64,000 nucleotides of DNA from Laetmonice hystrix (lineage: Eukaryota). The notes under the pieces are model-generated. The model had not been told where the DNA came from, made no database searches, and saw only the letters and a program-made list of their open reading frames with translations. Position numbers and translations under genes: made by a program. The stretch is from NCBI GenBank assembly GCA_965235115.1, contig OZ249436.1, forward strand, positions 39,682,001 to 39,746,000. The letters are read 5' to 3'. Within the stretch, counting starts at the first letter, position 1. Each line of letters begins with the position of its first letter. Positions 53,001 to 64,000 of this stretch are shown here, piece by piece.

Positions 53001-56000
53001 CCAATGTAGCATTTTTCGCTCATAGTTTCACCATTATGCAAAGAAACCGTCATTTTTGAAAATGGTTCAACAGGTACTTGCTTTTTTTATTGGCTGAAAG
53101 TTTTTCATACGAAAGGTTTGACTTGCTTTAAAAGGCATTTATGTTCATGATATAAGGTTGACACAAGATAACCTGACTGTGTGGTTATAAACCGCCAGGT
53201 AATCAGCTAGAAATGATTGATCTGACCTCAGCACATGTCAATCATTTTGTTTCAATCCCAACCATCATCTTCCATGAATCCTAACTTTTTATGGGACTTC
53301 ACAAACCTTCATTGTTGTATTGAGCGTGAAGGTCAGCATTTTGGTAAGGGGCATGTGTTACGTGAGGTCAACGGTTAAGGTCAGAGGTCACGTTTCATTC
53401 ATTTGAGATCCATGAAAAATTTGACCAAAACGGAGTTAGAAAAAACACTAGCTGGTCAAGAGCTAAGTAATTTTATCATCAAGGTAGCATATCTCTAACA
53501 GACGAGAAAATGGCGTAATAGGCCGAAATCGACGAAGAGGCACAGCTTATCTTTTCCAGAAACTCGGCCGAGTTTGGTAACCAATTCTTAAGGAAAAACG
53601 TGCTTAATTGTCCTGTCTTTCTGATAGTGGAAAAGAACTCGAACAAAAGAACACGCGCGGCCGAGGAGGCAGGGTCATTATGGGCGCGATTAGTGAAGTT
53701 TATGGCCTGGGTGATGATATATGGACACTAGCATTGTCAGTTGTATGGGCTGGTCAGGTTTATGGATGTCTGTGATATAAGTGATGTTCCTGACCGTTGT
53801 GTCGAGGGATAGGTCAAGTGTAAAGGTAGCAATACAATACTGTCTGCGGAGCATGCTGAACAAACCGCCTGACGGGGTGTGCACACAGGCGCAACAAGCA
53901 AGTTACAAAAGAACACGAAAGTGAAAAACTGTTTTGTCGTTGTTTTGAGCGTTGTCATCGATTACCATAAAAACGTTAACATTACAGGTGACATTTAAGA
54001 AAAAAAATAGGGAGGGGGGGGGATCTGCATTCGGGATAGATGATTCACGTGCATGTTTGGCTCTTGGGTATTTGAGTTCTGATTATGAACAAAAAGGGAG
54101 AAATGTTTGGTGTGATGAGATTCTTGCTATTCAAGGAGATGTAAACTTTTTTGTTTCCCCTCCTTTTTTTCCTTGTTACCCAGTTCTGAGCGCGTTTTGC
54201 TGTTGCCGACTAAACAATGTTGTAAAAAAATGATAACTCATAAATTCAGCTCTGTAGCCTTGACAGGATAGGCGGTAAATGAATTCTGTGAGGATTTTAC
54301 AAAGTAATTGTTTTTTGACAAGATGTAGAAGGATAGCTTTCAAAAGAGAATACAATGAGACTTAGAAATGCGAAATGTTGAAGTGCAACAGTTGCAGCAT
54401 ACGGATCGCTGATATAGAATGAAGGGAGGTGGGCGACACATCTTTAAATCAGTGACAAACGCGAATACATCAGGCCAGTATTCCATCTCAGCTTGAATAG
54501 TAAGTGAAACCTAATTGGCAAGTTGTTCAGTTAATTGATAATTATACTCAGCGTAACCTTCAGGATGAAATCAGACTTCCCACAAGGACATTCTTCATGT
54601 CAGGGATGTATCTATTTAAAGTAGATACAGTGAATTATCGGGCGTCAGGCTCCGTCTTGAATATTAAACCATCAACTGACTGTTTCGACGGCGAAACCGA
54701 GAAGAAACCTTTTAATGACTGCATTCCGTCAGAAGAGCCGCTTCTGGAGCGAATGTTTAACGACGGCTGACCTGACATAGACACGTGCTGCATACGAGGA
54801 AAGAAGTTTCTCCTGTAGAGTTGAGTTAAGTCGCCTTCTCTTTCACATAGCTCAAAGCAACCGTCGCCACAGTCACAACGCTTCTTGTGCGTTGATAAAT
54901 TGATTCCTTGACAGTGTAGTTATCGCCTGCAGAATGATGGGGGAAAGTTACCCTATAGTCTGGCAGGCCAACTGTTAGCTCTATGGCCTATGGCAAGATA
55001 AAAGTGATTCACATATTTCAAAGGATTGGTTGTTCTGTCTCCAACATACAATGTTATTGTATTATATTGCAGACGATATAAGCATTGCTTCAATCGTCAT
55101 GAAAAAAAAGGAAAAATGACATTGAGCTCCGTGCAGGTATAGCTATCGTATAGGTATAGCTAGACATTGCTAATACATAGGAAATTACATTTTGGATTAA
55201 AGCTGTAAGGAAGGTATGCAGCCAGACACGAGCATGTCCCAGCTCCACAGAACCGTAGTCAGCTGGTAATTGGCAAAGTATTACACTTTGACTAGAAACG
55301 ATGTGAAAACAATTAACTGTGTGAGCCCTGGATACCGTGCAATGCCTGGCCCCAGTCAGAACATGAGGCGTAGGACGTATTCATCTGCCTTTGATGACAG
55401 ATTGCAACTAATCCAATGGGGCAAATATTGGACAACTGCCTTGGTGATAGGGTTGGTGATGTCATGAATAATGGAGGGGGAAGGGTTGGGGGCAGAGCCA
55501 GCACTGGCTGATCACTCGACCTAACCCTCTTCTATCCCTGGCCTTCCATATGACAATTGTCCTTTCGGACTGCGGCCCATTTCTGACTTATTGAAGTAGA
55601 GGTGAAATTATCAGCCAGAAATTTAGTGAGAATCTACCGTATTCTTAGATCGTCCTGAGAAGAAGCAGTAGAAATGGGAGTAAACTAATTATTGATACTA
55701 CCCGGATGTTATTATCTACAAGGCTAAATAAAAGGCAATTACCATACATGTTTAAGAACGTTTAGGGATGATATTATTCGTCCTTGTTTCAGTTCATCAA
55801 GTGTTAATTGTCCTGTCGCAATATGAGTACAGCCAGCAACTCATCAAATGGCTAGAATTGCCATTGGTTTTCGATGGACTCTCTTTTACACTGTCGTTTT
55901 AATATGTTATGGATACATCTGCGCTTTGTAAAACCTTTGGCATAATGAGATTATCTTTGACTTTATCTTCATCTTTTCTTTACGTTATGGTTCCGGAAAT

Positions 56001-56926
56001 AGAATATTCCCCTGCATTCGAAGTTTATATATCGCCCAGACCGTCATAATTGGGAACTCAGTGGGTCAGTATGTCCATTTTTCCGATCGCAGATATCCTG
56101 AAAAATAAGGAGACCTTTCTCTTCTCAAGTCTCCATCGACTTCTTTCCTGCCCTGAAGACATTATGAGAGTGGTTTTCATAGTTTCAGTGTTGATACATT
56201 TGGTACAAAATAACCGCAGGTTTGGGGCATCAGCATCAGACAGGTGTGACTGAGTATGTGAGAAAGAAGTCGGCCTGCATTGAGCACGCCGTCATGAACA
56301 ATCCAACTGCTAGGTATTCCGGACCACGATGTCGTTTCATTGTTAAGATGGTTTCGGTGACACATGTAGGTCCACTGTCATCTGAAGATGTTTATCGCGG
56401 TTTAGATTTGTTTGTAAATGATAAGTTTACGAGAATTCCTGGTAATTGACGGTCTGTGGCTGGTCTCTAGTGTCAACAGCAGGTCGTATAGTATATGTAG
56501 GTATACACTCATGTGGCACGTTTTAGCAAGGTAACCTTCAAACAGGTATGTTGGCGACGTCAATTATGTCGTTACCTTCAAACGTGTTGGTCAAGGGATA
56601 TCAAGGCTTTACCTGTCACAATTTACTCAAGACTCATAATACTGACATGACCAAGGTAAATATGAGGGTCAGGTCCTTGACCTTTGACCTTGATGTATTT
56701 ATTACGTCGATGCCGTCCACACATTCCGACATTTCCAAACCTTTGGGACGGGACTGTCAATCTGAGTTGGACAAATTGACAGTTTTGCTGGCCTGTTGAT
56801 TCACGTTAATGGACGGAACATGTGCTGTACTTGAGGCGACGTTTTCAAAAGCTTCAGATTCGATGATTTGATGCGAGAACCCTGATTATTTATTCATACT
56901 TATCTTAAGTTGTTTTCGTTTTCCAG

Positions 56927-57084
56927 GTTCGGACGGCCAAAAGGTGCGGCTTGTGACGGTGCCACGGTTCAGTAAAACAGCCACCTGTGTCCTCGTCAAC
57001 CTTCGAACCCTGGACTGCCAGCCAATCGTCTTCAACTCCTTCCTCCAGTCAGCCAATCACGACAGCCCTAACATCGATAAGTGA
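56927..57084 (+). CDS. POLD2: Terminal coding exon of DNA polymerase delta subunit 2 (p50/Pol31), partial CDS
   Basis: Acceptor ttgttttcgttttccag|GT precedes a phase-1 exon translating (G)SDGQKVRLVTVPRFSKTATCVLVNLRTLDCQPIVFNSFLQSANHDSPNIDK*. From recall this matches the human POLD2 C-terminus GPEDQTVLLVTVPDFSATQTACLVNLRSLACQPISF. TGA is at 57082-57084. Confidence 0.93.
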
Positions 57085-57355
57085 CTCGTAATGAACTAAG
57101 TGATCTTATTGATCGCGGAGACGGCTTCCCCCTTGGCGCCAGACATGTTGTCTTCAGGCCGGCGAACAGGAACGGAGGAAGAAATTGTGCTTTTAAAGTT
57201 GTACACTAATTTTCCCCGCCAGGTGATTTCCTAAAGCTATCGTCGCTCGACGTCGCTGCTGAACCCTCACATCTCTTTAATTAATGGCCACGGGTAAAAA
57301 TAGTAGATTCGGAGAAAAGAAATAGACATCTGAACTCGCGCAGTATGAGATTGCT

Positions 57356-57361
57356 AATAAA
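57356..57361 (+). terminator. Candidate polyadenylation signal for POLD2 (second AATAAA at 57507-57512)
   Basis: AATAAA about 270 nt after the stop codon, followed by a GT/T-rich stretch (gatgttggtcgtattttcttccttt) about 25-50 nt downstream. Confidence 0.55.
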
Positions 57362-57671
57362 ACGGATTCCCGGCAATAGCATCGTGATGTTGGTCGTATT
57401 TTCTTCCTTTAAAACTTATTCCTTTGCCATTAAAATCAATAATGCAGTTGCACGTGAGGGACTCATAGGTTTGATAGTGTCAGTCCTACACACTGAAATA
57501 TTTGTAAATAAAAGGTAATTCCCCTCAATCGGGATAGTACAAGTACGGTCCCTCAGCTTACACGTGTGCAATCATCCGTGGAGAAGTGAATCATTTCACT
57601 GACTCTGCAGCCTGGAGCCTGTCCCATGCAGGCTCTATGGGGTTATGGTGAGATCCCAAATGGGGGATGAC

Positions 57672-57856
57672 TAGTGGCAGCACCACGGGGAGCATGGGGG
57701 CATTTTCCCCATCCCCGAATCGTACTGCTTGCCCCCAGTGGGCTCCAGTAAAACCAGTAAAAAAAGTAAAAGTGAATCATAATATTGAGAGATTTGCCCC
57801 CAAACTGTTCGCTCGCCCTCCATTTGCCCACCCCAGTTTGTAAGATGCCGCCACTG
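57672..57856. mobile_element. MITE, same family as 31396-31563
   Basis: tagtggcagcaccacggggagcatgggggcatttt ... ccctccatttgccc...gccgccactg is shared with the 31396 copy. The TSD is not recognisable. Confidence 0.7.
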
Positions 57857-60800
57857 GGGGCGCAGGGGAGGGGTGATCCTTAGCAAATTGTGAGTAGTAG
57901 GCCTATATCTTTGCAATGTGCTAAGAGTTATATAAGGCTAAATTCTCAGTTCCGAACTGCCGTTGCGATTGCCTGAACATCGTCTTTGCACCCTTCTGAG
58001 GAGCCAGTTTATGCGAGTGTTGTATTTTTTATGTGACCTCCGGTCCGATAAAATAATGTATAATTAGCCTCATTAAATGTTACGTGGTTAAGGAAGGTCG
58101 ACTGACCCATCCCAGCATCCTCGCCGGATTGCTCATCACGAATTACGATGGCGATATTGAAGTGACTATCTATCTTTGTGATATAAGAATGACTGAGCGA
58201 GGAGTGGCAAGGAATCGTTTCAAAATTAAATGATACCAAAAAATACCTTTTTTTATCTTTATAGTGTTGCCTTCAACCCCCGGCTAGGAAAAAGGATTCT
58301 AAAATTATAATGATGGCAAACTTTCTTCTTATTTACATTGTATAACTTTCCGATTATGAAAATAATTTATAGCAGTGGTAATAATACCTACATGAATTGT
58401 AGCATCCAATGTTATATTAAAAGAAATTAGAAGACCGAATCTTCAGGTCTGTCAAGGCGGAATGTTGGTGAGGTTTTATAACACCAGTACAAGTCTACTT
58501 TTCCTCCTCCCGCCGCAGTGAAGCGTTTTTGACAGCTTTCCCAAGAGTTCGGACCAAACTAAACCAGATCCGAAATCATTGTTAGTAACTCAGCCTGAAA
58601 TTTTACCACTCGTTTGTTGGCATGCATTAATCAGGGGGTGTATGGTTTGAGGAGAGTCTCAACACGAAGACAGCTGGAGTGTCGACATGTAAATTAAACT
58701 CAATATTTACAATATTTACTAGAACTATTTGGTTTCAGATCTGTTGTTGTAGAATATTGTCTCGAGTAACACGGCAGTGTTTAGAGTGTCTAAAGTTATT
58801 CTGAGGTATGCTCGTGTTCATGCTCTAACATCATTTGGAGAGAGAAAAAAAAGGATCGGGACTGGGTGACAAATTAAACCTGTCGAAATTCAACGACTTG
58901 AGCAGTCGGTCGGTTGGGTCTGAGGTGAGGGTAAATCTGGTGATGGTTGATCGACGTAATTGGTGGGATATAGTACACACGCTGGTGGGGGTTCTTGGAC
59001 CCTCCCCCCTGGGAAATTTTAAAATATTCTGCAAGCAGGTGATATGTGGTCCATTCGGTGTCCGAATGGCCAAACTGTCTGTGATAACTACATGTTACGC
59101 TGTCGTGTATTGGTCTACGTGTCTCTGGTCACCAGTCCATAAAATGGATTGCGCGTATTTTTGTAAAGAACGGCAGCTGATGGCATTATTTTATGAAATG
59201 AATGGGCGATAAAACATTGCTTTGACCAGGTATTATCGCTCACCACCCACGCATGAACACGTTTCGTGGAAACCTAGAAGGATGTGCAAATGTTATGGAT
59301 CCCTCTCTATCTTGAACAACGCGTCGAGTTGTATACTTAGTGGTTGGTACACCCCCACGTAATTCACTGGGTCAAAGTACTGTTAAATTCGACTGGTTTA
59401 CTGGCAATTTACATTGGTCCTGGCGCTGATGTCGGTGGCCCGTAATGACTATACCACAGTTTATTGTCTGGTTAAGCCATTTCGGCACGCTTTCAGCACA
59501 AATGCCACTAGGTCACATCGATATGTCACAGTACAGTGGTGGACAGTTGTCCAATATGAAGTAACTCCTCGATGTATGTACTTATATTGAGTGCCACCGT
59601 CTCTGAATGCGCCATTCTACCCGTGACCGATGGCAACCGGGCAACCTTATAGCAAATGTCGCTTCAGCGGCGGCCAGTGTAAAGTGATTGATAGAATTCA
59701 TATTGGGTACGTTGTGCTTTTGCCACAAAGCGGGTCTCTGGTGTTAAGCGATTGTGAATATATCCAACAGGGAACACTGGGGGTATTCTGCTAATGCATC
59801 TCCACGAACGCCACCATCCCTCCGCCCCCACGACGCAGCTGGCTGTGTTATTATAACGCAATGTTGGTCAATTTCCTTCATTAGTTGCCCGTAGAATAGA
59901 TGGCTGTCATTGTAATCGGGTGACAAAGAAGGCCTCGTAAAATGCCATATTGGACCAGCATCACCATACCAGTTGCAGGCTGATGGTGATCAAGTTAGCA
60001 GCAGTGGGAATCTAGTAACCCCATTTTTTTGGTTCATGATTATTGTAGAACGATGTATTATAGCTTCCCAGTCGATGGGCAGCTGAACGGTGAGGTATTG
60101 CGGTCGGTGTGGCGGGGGAGGTGTGGGTTGGCGGATAAAAGGTTCGAAGTAGTCTTTCAGCCTTTGACCCTGACCTATATTATCGTATTCATTGAAGATA
60201 TCGGATAATGTCGCCATCTTTGTATCAGTTTAATTCTTCAAAATGTATCCATGTTTTAGGACGTCGAGCCTCGTTGGTGTTGGGTGACCCTTTCCTATTA
60301 ATAATTCACAACGGTTACTGAAACGTTCTACGTCATGATGTTACTCTCCGAGAACAAGTTGATCGGTGATCAAATGTGCAGTGGTACATGTAGCATGTTC
60401 CTGGTTATAATGACGTAAAGAACTAGTTCTATTGAATAACGGCCTGCAATTGCTCCACTTTTCACATTCATTTCTCGCCGAGCCTGCCTGGAATTGTTTC
60501 CAGCAAGAGCCCTGATGGCAACAATTCCATGTAAGAACATTTTGGTGAATAGTGCCGACAAATAGTTCCGGGAAGGAACAGCTACAGAGTGATGCCAATT
60601 CAAGTATTTCAAACAAAGATGTTCTAAAATTAGAGGGGAGCTAGCTGTCCTGGACGTAACCGGCCCAATCTTGATTGGAATCTTGATTGGAATCTACCAA
60701 TCTTCACACGAATTGCACGGCCCTTAGTGAAGGATTTTTTTCTCTCTCTCGTAGTGATCTTGTTATCAGCGCCGGGTTTTAAAGAAGTAAACTGGTGGTC

Positions 60801-61427
60801 GTCGCCCTGAAGATGTCTAGTAGATGCCGACAGGGGAACCACACCAGTCGATCACTCCATCATTTAATCAATCACTCTTCGTTCTCTATGAGACATGGCC
60901 AATTTATGGTCCTGTACAGAGGTGTTGAGTTTCATGGATAGGTTGCCCTTTGTAGGGTGATTCAGATTTGATCATCTCGAATGGAGAAAGAGAGGAAGTG
61001 GTCACTAAAATTTCTTCTAGCGATTAGGCCTAGTTGTAATCTAGAGGTGAACGTTCCAAGACAATCCGTGCTTATCTTAATGAGTATTTGTGTAACCCTC
61101 GTCTGCAATGGCATGCTATGGAAATTTCGAGACAATGCAATTCTCTCATAAGCATATAGGCCTATTGGGATTTCCCCGGTATTAGCGTAATTATATTTTT
61201 TTAAAAAATTTTAAAGGAAGAAATTTGCAGCACCAGAGATCCGCCCTCGGCAAAGGGCCCTGTATGTGTTGCAGCAGCCCCTGCGTGTATATGGCCCCAT
61301 AGGACCCAAGTGGCGCGCTGTTCTGGGTGTGGGTGAACACAGATGGCGATGGGGAGGACCCACCCCGCCGATTCTTAACAGACAGTCGAAGCCCGGCAAT
61401 GAGTTTGATGGAAACGGAAAATGAAGA

Positions 61428-61796
61428 TAATCTCATTCAACGGTTCAAACAGAGCAACCTCATTCAACGGTTCAAACAGAGCAGCTCGGAATCCCCCCCG
61501 GAAGAATCTCATTCAACGGTTCAAACAGAGCAACTCGGAATTCCCCCGGAAGAATCTCATTCAACGGTTCAAACAGAGCAACTCGGAATCCCCCCGGGAG
61601 AATCTCATTCAGCGGTTCAAACAGAGCAACTTGGAATCCCCCCGGGAGAATCTCATTCAACGGTTCAAACAGAGCAACTCGGAATCCCCCCGGAAGAATC
61701 TCATTCAACGGTTCAAACAGAGCAACTCGGAATCCCCCCAGGAGAATCTCATTCAACGGTTCAAACAGAGCAACTCGGAATCCCCCCGGAAGAACA
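61428..61796. repeat. Minisatellite, 48-bp unit x~7.5
   Basis: Unit aatctcattcaacggttcaaacagagcaactcggaatccccccggaag, preceded by a 27-bp partial duplication. Confidence 0.96.
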
Positions 61797-63002
61797 TGAG
61801 GGCAGCGAGACGGCAGGAAACGGGATGAGACGTAAATATCTGACGGGATTGTACCGTAGATCTATGATACGTTACGTAGATCTATTATACAGTTGAATAG
61901 GAAGCCGTCTTTATTTCATACATTGCCATGGGGTTTAACCGTAAGACACTGTGACCACGCAAGGCAGTTTAACTGTACAAGTCAGCTGTGCTCTTCATTG
62001 TCTTCTTTTAGCTTCGTTACGACTGGTAAATATATACTCTGCTTACTAATTATGACACCAATGCCTGTACCAGCGTATATTTCCTGCCAGTTTAGGGTCT
62101 AATTAGTGGTACGTGGGTCGTGGGTCACTGAATAATGTATCAGGCCGATGTTTTGACAACTGCTGGGCTCTCATGCCTCCCGGTAGGCAACAGTACCTAG
62201 TTTTTATGATAATTACCGCAGATCTAACAATGTATGCACTGACAATAAATCATTAAGCACAGACTTTGAACAATGGAAATACTCACAATTCTCATCTGTG
62301 AGCCCACCCATACCAGCCCGGGTACAATGTTAATGGTAGCAGACATTTACGTTGCTTATTTTATAACAATAGGATCATCGGCTGATGCAGTCTCAACATG
62401 CCGATCGCCCGTCCAGTCGTATCCCGCTCCTCAGTTTAGGGCAGTATGCTCCACTAATACACGAACCCCCATTTTTTATTACACACATGCGAACAATGCC
62501 CTCAGCCAGCCCACATTCCTGGTAGAATAATGAACACATTAAACTGCAGTCACCCAGACACTATTATTTTGAGCTCTCAATACATTGGCTAATATGGCGC
62601 AATGTTTGGTATTCTAAATAATGGATGACTTCCAATCCGTGAGGCCAGGGCACCTTTTTCATAGGGGTAAAAACCTGTTTTGTGCTAAAGAAAAATACAA
62701 TGTGTTGTGGGGATTTGTACGATAGGGCCTACAGGTTGCTGTTTGCATATCCATTTCTCTGTATAACAGCTATTCAGCATATATGGATTTTTTCCACAAT
62801 CTTTGCATTATTTGCACTGCTAGTACTGATAAGCATTGATATAAATGCCTTCATACAAGCTTATTGTGTGGGTGGACTTACGGGGATTGATTTTAATTTT
62901 GATATTTTATTTTTGTTAAGAACTAGGATGATTTGAATAGTCTACTAATATTTCTTAACATTAATTTAATTCAATTGAATGTATGGGTCTACTGCTTGTT
63001 AA

Positions 63003-63857
63003 AGGGCGATGCTAAAATACACGTTTTGGAGGATTTCCGGCTATTATCCAACATGACCGTGTACTAGGGAATTAAGTAAATAATCCTACCACAGCATTTT
63101 GTCCTCCGATGTGTTTTCGCTGCGTATGCAGCAAAAGTAGGTGCCATACGACTAAACTTATAGATTTCCCCCGATAGCACATCTCCCGCCATAACTTGGG
63201 AGACAACCTCTCATCAACCCGTGTAATTGCGTACTGCGTCACATCCTGTGTGTGCACTCTGCAGGTGTTTGGCAAACCTGTTCCTACCGCGCATGCACGA
63301 CCTCTGACCTCTGCCGTTGGAGAGTGGGTACTTGGTCACGTGCTTCGCTTAGTTGTAAACAATTTAGCAGCTGCACTCGGCATCGTTTGGCATCAGAATG
63401 CCACCCAAAAAATATTTTACGGAATCGGCAGAGAACCGGGCAAGGAAAGAAAGATACAGAAGTTGAAAAAGATAGCAAGTCAATCTCGGAAACCAAGGCA
63501 AGTGGGTCGTTGGCGGGGTGTCTGGAGCGGGACCTCGAGTGTCGAGCATGGCCAGCGTCTGGCCTAGGCTGCCTGTAGATGCGGAGGGGGGTGGGGGAGC
63601 GAAACGCGGGACACGCTCTGAGCATGCGCGAGGGTTCTACGTGTCACGTGTGTCAACAGAATCCACGTGCAAACGATGGGCGGAGCCGTTTTTCCAGATG
63701 GCCAGCAAGGGGCTCCAAAAACTTCGATTTGTCACGCAAAATGGAACTGATAGGTCTGTCTGTCTTTACCAAGCAGTTTTTATGAAGGATCTCTTCATGA
63801 AAACAGCAAAAGTTCTTTGAAATACCGATTTTTCATGTTTCCTTATAATATGCACCT
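63003..63857 (+). mobile_element. Kolobok-like non-autonomous DNA transposon (TTAA TSD), longer 855-bp copy with ORF remnant
   Basis: TTAA at 62999-63002 and 63858-63861. Both ends align to the reverse complement of 31698-32225. A broken ORF MPPKKYFTESAENRARKERYRS*KR*QVNLGNQ starts at 63398. Confidence 0.85.
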
Positions 63858-64000
63858 TTAATAACATGGTTGACCCCCCCCCCCCGGCCCAATCATAATT
63901 TATGAGTCTATGGACCTCTTGGCAATAAGGAGACTTAACGTGAGATGTAATCACGGGTGTAAATCATGTATTACACATTTTGAAAACCATACTAGACGAA

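Larger units (their letters stand above)
1..56926 (+). other. POLD2: Putative giant last intron of POLD2 (5' boundary outside the window)
   Basis: By eye I found no exon encoding the preceding POLD2 segment (GCYPF...DPF...CPHVYF.GN) on the + strand. The region is repeat-rich and has no recognisable ORF. Confidence 0.6.

Overview
Eukaryotic (animal, most likely marine invertebrate-type) genomic DNA that is almost entirely non-coding. I can support only one protein-coding exon. It is the terminal exon of DNA polymerase delta subunit 2 (POLD2) on the + strand at 56927-57084, followed by a short 3' UTR with AATAAA signals, and it is absent from the supplied ORF track. I found no other POLD2 exon upstream, so the first ~56.9 kb appears to lie in one very large last intron. 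The window carries at least nine unrelated minisatellites (units of about 23, 27, 29, 43, 44, 55/58, 56, 62 and 67 bp in the intron, plus 48 bp downstream), and three of them show higher-order repeat structure. It also holds two microsatellite or polypurine tracts, three TTAA-flanked Kolobok-like non-autonomous DNA transposons, several short CAG/CAT-ended MITEs (three with 5-bp TSDs), a TA-flanked MITE, Helentron/HINE-like elements and SINE remnants. The unique intronic DNA looks enriched for TGACA (TALE: Meis/Pbx/TGIF-type) motif clusters, which suggests POLD2 may be a bystander gene inside a developmental regulatory block (inference). The long ORFs in the track are by-products of tandem repeats. 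I see no prokaryote-type system (CRISPR, defence island, operon).
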